Shown in pieces: positions 20,501 through 29,500 of a stretch of 64,000 nt of DNA; positions within the stretch are counted from its first letter, which is position 1, and each line of letters starts with the position of its first letter. Below the pieces are notes generated by a model. The model made no database searches and was not told the origin of the DNA. It saw nothing but the letters and a program-made list of their open reading frames with translations. Made by a program: the position numbers and the translations under genes. This DNA comes from an uncultured virus (IMG/VR IMGVR_UViG_3300042554_003148) (Duplodnaviria; Heunggongvirae; Uroviricota; Caudoviricetes): the IMG/VR virus record IMGVR_UViG_3300042554_003148. One strand, given 5' to 3'.

Positions 20501-23500
20501 TATATTTCCTAAACCAGATCCTCCAGCGGCTCCTAAAATAGAAGGATCTTTTGTTAATAATCCTGGATTTGTAGTATCTTCATATGATAATCCCTCTAAT
20601 ATATAATCATTCCCTACTGATCTTACTTTAACAGAAGACTGAAAATTAGGAGCTTTCGATTTTTGAATGTTATTTAGTATTTCTTTTATATTCTTAAATT
20701 TATATTTATCATTATAGGTTTGTAAAATATTTTGATAATTCTTTTTAACAGTATCAAAATCGAGCTGTCTTATAGGCAATAAAGAAATTTTATCTCCATC
20801 TAAAACAGTATTACTTAAGTATGATGAATCTGGAAGTCTACCTACACTTTTAACTGAAATACCGGCATTTTGAGTGGTAGATGGAATAATTTTAGGAAAA
20901 GAAAGATTCGAACCAAATACAGCGTCTGTGACACCAATATCTGCCATTTGTATACTTACACCATCATATCCGATGCCTCTTCTGGCGTTTAAAGTACCAA
21001 GCTCAAGACCTGGTTTATTGTTACTACCTCCTCGAACTCCGGCAAATTCTCCCAATGGTCCAGATTTTTCTGAAATTGCATAATATGAATTGGGAAATTC
21101 ATAGATTGGGTTGCTAGTTATTGCTGATCCAATACCAGTATTAGGTTTAACATAATCTGAAATATTCTTATCTAATGCTGGATATGTTCCACTTGTTATT
21201 AAGTCTTGTTGATTTCTTGATGCATAATCAGCTCCTAGAAAATCCATACCTCTAGCTTTCCATTTTTTATCAACAACAAGTCCACCATCAGCATAGTAAC
21301 TTACCCTACCTCCTTTATTATAATTTCCACTATTAATAGTTTTTAGTAAAGATAAATTATTTTTTGTAGCGCTCTTATTAACAACAAACTCTCCAGGAGT
21401 TAACATAGCAGGAACAGTATCTGTTCCTTTGGATTGAAAATTAATTTGTTGGCCTTCGCTGGCATAAACCACGCCGCCAAGTCTCATACCGGGTGCTGGT
21501 TTACCATTATTTGCAAGTTCTACTAATTTCCATATACCATTTCGCATTTCATCTAATACTTGGTTTTCAAAATTAAGCTTAACACCTTGGATAGAATGGG
21601 CTAATTTTTCTGCTGCTATTTCAGCAGTATTTTGTGCCATAAGTTGTTGAATTTGTCCAAGCATCATATTAGCTTGAGATTGTTGAGCAAGACTACTTTT
21701 ATAGTAGGCTATTGCTTCCTGCATTTCTGGATCTTCTTCTGGGTTTCTTAAACTATCTAATACTTGAGCAAATAACGGATTTACGCCTTGTCCGCTTTCT
21801 TTTAACATGCTTTCTAGTACATTTGCTCTTAATTCATTTTGTTTTTGTCCTTCTCCTAGTAATGGAGCTATCATATTAAATGTTTGAAGATCTTCGCCTC
21901 TTTGTTCTGATGTGCTTAAATTAGTTCTACCAGCCATATTATTACTTAATCGAGCTATAGAATTATTTAATTTAGCAACTTCTCCTGGATCGGAGGTAAC
22001 AACTTTTTCAAGCAAGTTCATGCCAGCTTGTCTTTTAGCTTGAACTTCTTGAATTTTATTCATAGCGGCCTCGGCCATTTCTGTGCTATCCGCCATCTGT
22101 TTTAATGCTTCATAATTTTCTCTTAGACTAACATTAACGTTACGCAATCTATTTTGCATTAACATAAACTCATCACGACCAGCTGGTCCTCTATTAGCAG
22201 CAGTATCGCTCATTCCTTGTATTTGTGATCTAGTATTTTCTAGATTAAGAATATTTTGACCAATAGCAGCAGGATTTGTTGGTCCTCCTGTTAATGAGCG
22301 TGTTTGTTCATTAGCTATTTGTTGTTGTTGAAATAATGAAGTTGATTTCCCAAAAGCTTCATTAAGTTTTAGTAATCCTTGCGTTTGAATATCACTGGCT
22401 CTTCTAAATCGTGAATTAGCCTCTATTTGATAATCAACCATTTGATTCATAGCATTAGAATAATCATTTAGATTTTTTTGATAAAATTCTAGTGCTTTTA
22501 TGGCTGTTTCTTCTGCTCTTCTAGCAGATCCTATAGCGTCTGCAAATGCTGGTACTTGTTCAACAATCTCGTCAAAACTTACATCTTTAGCGTCTGTTCC
22601 GCTTTTACTAATTTCAGCAAAAGCTTTATTGACTTGATTACTAAGTTTATCAGTAAGATTGCTTGGTAAACCTAAGTCTCTTAAATTTTTATCTAATGAT
22701 GAGCGAATACCAGCAGCTATTCTTTCATTAGTAGCTTCTGGATTCTTTTCTATTTCTCTATTTACAGTAGATAGTACTGTCTTTTCTAGTTTGTTACCTA
22801 AGCCAAGAAGAGGGCTAACAATATCAGATTGCGATCCAAAAAATCCAGCAGCTTGACTCACTGCTTCTTTTCCTTCTCTTGGACTATAAGCGTCTAGGTT
22901 TCTTAACACATTTAAACTTTTAATAGCTATCTCACCAGATTTTGCATTACCGCTTAATGCTGCTGCTGATAATTCTGCTGATCTGCCCATATTATCTAGT
23001 TCAAAAGATGTTTTTTCAATCGACTGATCCATATTATTAAACATACGTTCTAAACTAACAATAAATTTTTTCATCTCTCTATTAAGTTTATCAATTTCCA
23101 TGGATCGTAAAGAAGCTTCTAAGTTGATACGAGCCCTATACTCTGCCTCTTGAGCTATAACATTACGTTCCATAGCGGCTTTTTGCTGATCGCTGAGATT
23201 ATTACTTGCTCGTATTCTTAATATTTGTTCTTGAATAACTGGATTACTTTGAGCTATATTTTTAGCAAGCTGTGTGGGAGCACCGGTTGCATCTTTTAAT
23301 TCTCCCATAACGTCTTGCATACTAGTTCCTGTTCTTAATTTCTCTTCAAACAGTCTGAGGGTAGCATCAGCAACTGGTTTGTAAGCAGCAGATTGCTCTT
23401 TGGCCATATCGGGAGCCATTTTTTGCATATAGAAGTTTCTAGTTTTTTCTCCGCCACCAAAGGTATCAGTAGATGCTATATATGCTCCAATTCCTTGTTT

Positions 23501-26500
23501 TTCTAATATCATACTCCTTTGAGCAGCCTCGCTTCCTCCTCCCAAAGCATCAAAAAGATTAACCCACATAGCTTTAGGAACTTCAGCATCTATACGTATA
23601 CCTTCGGCAACATTCGTGCCGGCAATGCTTAATTCTTGTCGAATATTATCTAATAAATCTAATCTTGTTATGTCTTTACTAAAATCTTCGAATGCATTAC
23701 TTACTTTTTCCATAGCGTTTTCAACATTTTTTGCTGCTAATGCTTTATCAAATTCTCTAGCCGCATTATGAGCGTCTTTTAATGCTGCTGCTATTCCAAT
23801 AGCTGCCACTCCTATAACTGCTCCAGCAGCAACAAAAGGATTACTCATAAATTTTATTATTTGTGGACCAATACTACTTGCTAAATTACCAACACTTCCA
23901 CCCATAGAGCTTAGACTTTTTATAGTAGAGTCAACAGTGCCAGGTAATTGAGAGAGCGCAGCAAGACCAGTACCAAAAGTTGAACCGAAGCTCTCTATGC
24001 CAGCGGCGGCAACAACAGACCCTCTATCATTTTCTCCACCAAACATTTTTATAGCACTAGATAGAGCGGAAGTAAATGCTGTCACTCCTACTGCCCCCTT
24101 GGTCATATAAGAAGACATTTTATTTAGAGATTTTATATTATCGTCGTAGCCTTTACTAGCTTCTATAAGACCTGCACTAGCTAATGATTCCGCAGCTGCT
24201 GTTGTTATTCCAAGTTGTTCAGCTAATTTTTCTGATGCTATTTTTTGAGCTTCTGCACTAGTCATTGTACCATGGAATACTTGTTGTAGTTTTGTAGAAC
24301 TACTAATGATATCATTTAAATTTAAGCCTTTACTAAATCCACTAGTAATTTCTGTAGCAATACTAGCTAATTCTTTTGATGCTAACGCTGGATTTATTTC
24401 TTTTATTTGTGCAATTAGTGAGTCCTGTATAGATTGTACTTCTGTATTTGCTTTATCTTTAACGTCTGTGCCTTTCTTTTTAGATGAATCACTTAATTCT
24501 TTTAGTTTAGTCTGTTTTTCTGTTTTAGACAAAGAAGCATCGTTCAATATTTTGGCTTTTTGTGATTGGTATTCTGATTTAATAGCGTCTAGATCTGCTT
24601 TTTTTCTTTGATTAATAGTTTCTAATCTGGTTTTATTTTCTAATGCTAAAATTCTAAGAGTATTTTGTTTTTCTGCCGGATTCATAAGTTCTTTAGCACT
24701 ATCAATTAGAGCTTTTCTCATTTGAGCTACTTCTTGATCAAAACTAATACCTTTTGCTTTTGCTCTTGAGGCAACTAGATCTGTATCGTCTTGTGTTCCA
24801 CTAAAAGAACCCGCCGAAACTGGCCTTGGAGGAACCGGTGGCGGAGCTGGCCTTGGAGGAACCGGTGGCGGAATTGGTCTTGTTGGAACAGGCGGTGAAA
24901 CCGCCGAAACTGGCCTTGGAGGAACCGGTGGCGGAATTGGTCTTGTTGGAACAGGTGGTGGAGCCGCCGAAACTGAACTTGGTGGAACCGATGGTGGAAC
25001 AAACTGAGTTGGAGCCGCTGATGAAGAGCCGGGCGCAGATTGCGCTCTACTACTGCTTAATGATTTTTCTGACTCAATAGCTTGAACAGCGCCAGTTTTA
25101 CGAATCTCTATTAGTTGAGCTTCTAGTTTTCTAATTTGTTCTAGTTCAGATGCTGCTACAGCTAATTTTTCTTCATAACGTTTGGCCAACTCTTCTGGAC
25201 TACCACTACTTCGCCCAGTTAGTCTAGCATCTATGGCTCCTCCTTTTGTCTTATAATCTCCTCCGTATGCTGCTATTTCTTCTCTTTCTATTCTACCAAT
25301 CTCCTCTGGTGATGCTTTGCTGATTAATTCTTTAGCGACGCTACCAACCGGACCTTCTGTAGAATATCTTTTTAATAATTCTTCAGAACTTTGTGCGGGA
25401 TTAGCCGCATAGTAAACTTTTCGTTGACGTTCATATAATTGTCTTCCGCCACCAACATCTTTTGGACCTTCTCCTCCCAAACCTCCCTGAAAACCTAATT
25501 TAGTAGCCGCTGTTCTATATATACCAACTAATTCAGCTTCTATTTTTTCAATAGCTTTTTGTGCTTCTTTACTTAATTCTCCACCATCTTTAAATTTTCT
25601 AATTCCAATACCTCCTCCTTTATTTAGTCCCAGAGCCTTCGTTGCTTTTTCTCTTATTATAAAACTTCCTACTGGTAGATTTGTTGGTATGCTATCACTA
25701 GTACCACTTCCCGGACCATTAAATATGCTAATTCCACCATCACTAAATCGCCCCATACCATTTTTATCAGCTTGATTCATACGGCTTAGTGTTCCATAAC
25801 CAATTCGTTTAGCAAGTTTAGGAGGCACATAAGCCTCGCCGTTACTTACTAAGGCCGGAACAGAACCACCATCAGCAAAACGGTCTATGGGTCCACCATC
25901 GGCTCTTTGAAAATATGATAGGGCCATGCTTCTAGAATCAACAGGTTTTTGTGCTTTATTATTATTTCTTTTTACTTGTTCTGGATCATTAAGCAAGGTG
26001 GGACTCTTGCTATAACCGCTCTGTAGTATCCAAGCCGGATCGGTTGCTGGAGGCCATGTTTCTCTTCTTCCATAAAGCTTAGGATCTATTAGTGCTTGGT
26101 TTTTAGTCCAATTTTCTGGTTCTAATGGTGTTTTTTTAACATCTCCTCTGTTTTTAAAGTAATAAGCCCAGACCTTTTGAGCATCCGCACTTACCATACT
26201 TCTGTCAGAAGTTAGCATATCTCCTTTTTCACTAACAGCTTCCATAGCCACATCATACAATCTTGGTCCATATCCTTTAGTAGCTTTTGATAATCCAACA
26301 TACCATAGATTATCTTTATATTTCATTGCTTGTACATATCCTGATCTACTCTCATTTTTAAGATATCCAACACTAAGCATATTTCCATCTTCTGTAACGC
26401 TTATTTTTCCAAAATCTTTTTCTTTTTTATTTGTTTGTTGGCTTCTATTTCCGTATAATCCTTGCATTAATCCCGACATAGCTTCTGTAGAATCTGCTAA

Positions 26501-29500
26501 TCCTCCCAGAGCAAACTTTTGTCTACTTATTCCAGCACCTCCCAATAGGTCATCCAGAGTACTATCCAAAATTCCCCTTAAATTTTCATCTAATAATGGT
26601 AATTTTTGTACTAGTGTTGTTAAAAATTCTTCTTTGCCATTATCTTCATATTTATCTATAACATCTTGACTTATTTTACCTCTTAATAAAACATCATTAA
26701 CTCTAGGATTAAGCGGCTTAAAGGCTTTGGCATTTGTGGTGGAGTTAGTTGCTGCCCAAGTTTTTCTTAATTCTGGAATATATTCTGGATCACTATTAAC
26801 ATATTTTGCAAATGACTCTTTGGCTGATCCCATCATCAAGCTACTTAGTCCACTAAGTTTATAACTTCTTCCATAAGCAACATCAGCACTATTATATCCA
26901 GTATTTCCAACCAGAGCATCAAAAGCATCGGCCACATCATCATTATTTCCACTAAATAAACTAGCAACTTTTGCCTTGTATGCTTCAAATGATTGAGCAT
27001 TTTTAGTTCTAAGACTATTAAAAAGTTGATGAGTTAATTCATGATATAAAATACTATAATCTTGACGTTGCCTTGTATTAAAAGGATTAGTCGCTATGCC
27101 AACGCTACCACGACCACTCTGTTTTGCAGATTGTAATCTAGATTCTTTTGCAGCTTTAATGGCTGCATTATTTTTATCAATAAGAGATCTTTGTTGTTTT
27201 TGTAGATCGTTTAATTCTACTCTTAGTTTTTCTGCTAGAGCTACATCATAACCAAAACTACCATCTTCATATGTTGTAACAGAAGTTTTGATTGTTTTTA
27301 ATATTTGTTTCTTTTTTTCTTCTATTAGTTTAGTATATCCAAATAAATCTTGTTTATCTTGTTCAGTATAACCATATGGTGTTAAATCTACTCCTTGTAA
27401 TCCTCTGGTTCCTGGACCAGAAGGATCCTTGTTAAATAATGCTGTAGCAGGATAATTAACACCAAAATCTAACTGAGTTGGTATAGCAGACAAAAAGTCT
27501 GTCTGTGGTAATCCTATGACTCGTGCAAATTGTCCCATTCTTTCAAAAACTGTATTTCTACTTATTTTATCCTTAAACGAATTTATGAATAGTTCTCTAC
27601 TAAAAGGAGATTCGTATCCTTTTTGTACAGCCTCTTCGTCTACAATCATTCTTTCATTACCAGGATACGTTGAAAAAACCTTCTCCATTTGTTCTTGTTC
27701 TAATAATTTTTCCATTTCCCGAACATAAGCATTACTTATTCTTTTAGGGAATTTGAATGTTCCAGAACCAAAGGTCGCTGTTCCTCCTTTAGCAAAGGCT
27801 TGTGGATTTTCTGTAAAGTATCTACTAAATTCTTCTCTGGCTTTTGAAAAACTATCTCCGTCCAAAGTTCTTTTTACTTCTGTTTCAATATTCGGAGGTA
27901 ATCCAAAAAGTTGAGCTCCTCTGCCTAGTCCCTGTGGAAAATCTATTGCTCTATTTCTTTGTAAAGCATCAACATTTATATTATAACCCAATAATTGCGA
28001 TAGTGCCGCTTCTAACATACCTCCTTCAATATTAGATTGTCCAAATTTTTCTTCTGCTGGTCCTTTAAGTTCTGGAACTTCACCATAACGAAAAGTACTT
28101 TTACCAGCAGCCATTGTTGCTCTAATATTTTCTTCACTATCATCGATTAATTTTTCAGCTCTTGCAACATTAGCAGCTTTAGCTTTTGCTATATTTGTTC
28201 CTAATCCTTGACTAACTCCAGTAACATCTTGTTCTAAATATGGTAATCCAAATCTATTAAGAGTTGAGGCTATAATATCCGCTGTGCTTTGAGGACGAGC
28301 CGTTAAGATACGACTAAACATCCTAACGTATCCAGGATTTTTTTGTTCTATACTGGCCAATCTTTTAGCTAGTGAGGTTGGTCTAGCTTGGGCCAGACTC
28401 TCCATAACTTTTTTTCTATCCGAGTAGGCTGGTAAATCTTCTTTACCATTTTTATCTAGCATTTTTGTTCCAAGAGCTAGTGTTTCATCAAAATCTATTG
28501 CTAATGGTTGAATTGGTCCTCGAATATTTCTATTACCTAATCCGCCTAATGCTGCTGTATCCTGAATATCTTCGGCAAATTTTTGACGAGTAGCTCTATT
28601 AGCCTCTTGCATAGCTTCTATTTGTGGTAAAAAGCTAGATTGAAATCCTCTAACATAACCATAAATTTCTCTACCATCCTCCAACTTCCAGTCCGAAAAA
28701 TCTTTGTTATAATCTAATGGAAATAATCCGGCAATTGCAACTTTTCTCATGGCTGCTTCTTTTGCTTCTCTAGCAGCATCTTGTTTTCCTGTCTTAGCTA
28801 ACGCCCTATTTATAAATTTAATAGCTTGTGCTATATTTTTACCAGCTTTAATATTACCAGCATTTAGTATAGCTCCGATCTCTCTTTCTCCGGATCCTAA
28901 TCCTAGTATTTTTTTAACTCCGCTAGCATTTCCAAAACTGGATAATTGTTCTAAAATTACAGTTTCAATAGATTTTTTTTCTTTAGCAGCTATGCCCTCT
29001 ACTGTTCCGCCAACGACAAATTTTTGAATTTTTCCACCGAGATTTCGTTCTATAGCATAAACAACGGCTGTATTGTCTGGGGTGTATGTTTCATCAAAAT
29101 TTGGTTCTAGTCCAGATCTATACTTTAATTCCGCGGCCGTAATATCTTTACCAGTTTCTTTCTTTGTAAGCCCAAATTGTTTCTTTAATCTACCAGACAA
29201 CTTAGGGATATCAGGAAATTTCTGATCCGGCGCTTCGATACCATAATTTTGTCCAACATAATTCTCGAACATGTATCCTCTTATAGCTCCCTTGCCACTA
29301 TCGTTAATTTTCAAATCATCAATATTTTTATATGAAATTTGTTGTTTTGATAGCTGTTCTTCTGCTCCAGGTAGTTGCTTCTTTATATATCCTCCAGCAA
29401 CATATTTATTCATCCTTACCAAATTGCCTCTTCCATACTTATTAACAGCTCTATTACTCATTACCACTTCACCAGGTTCTAACAATGCTGGAACTTTGTC

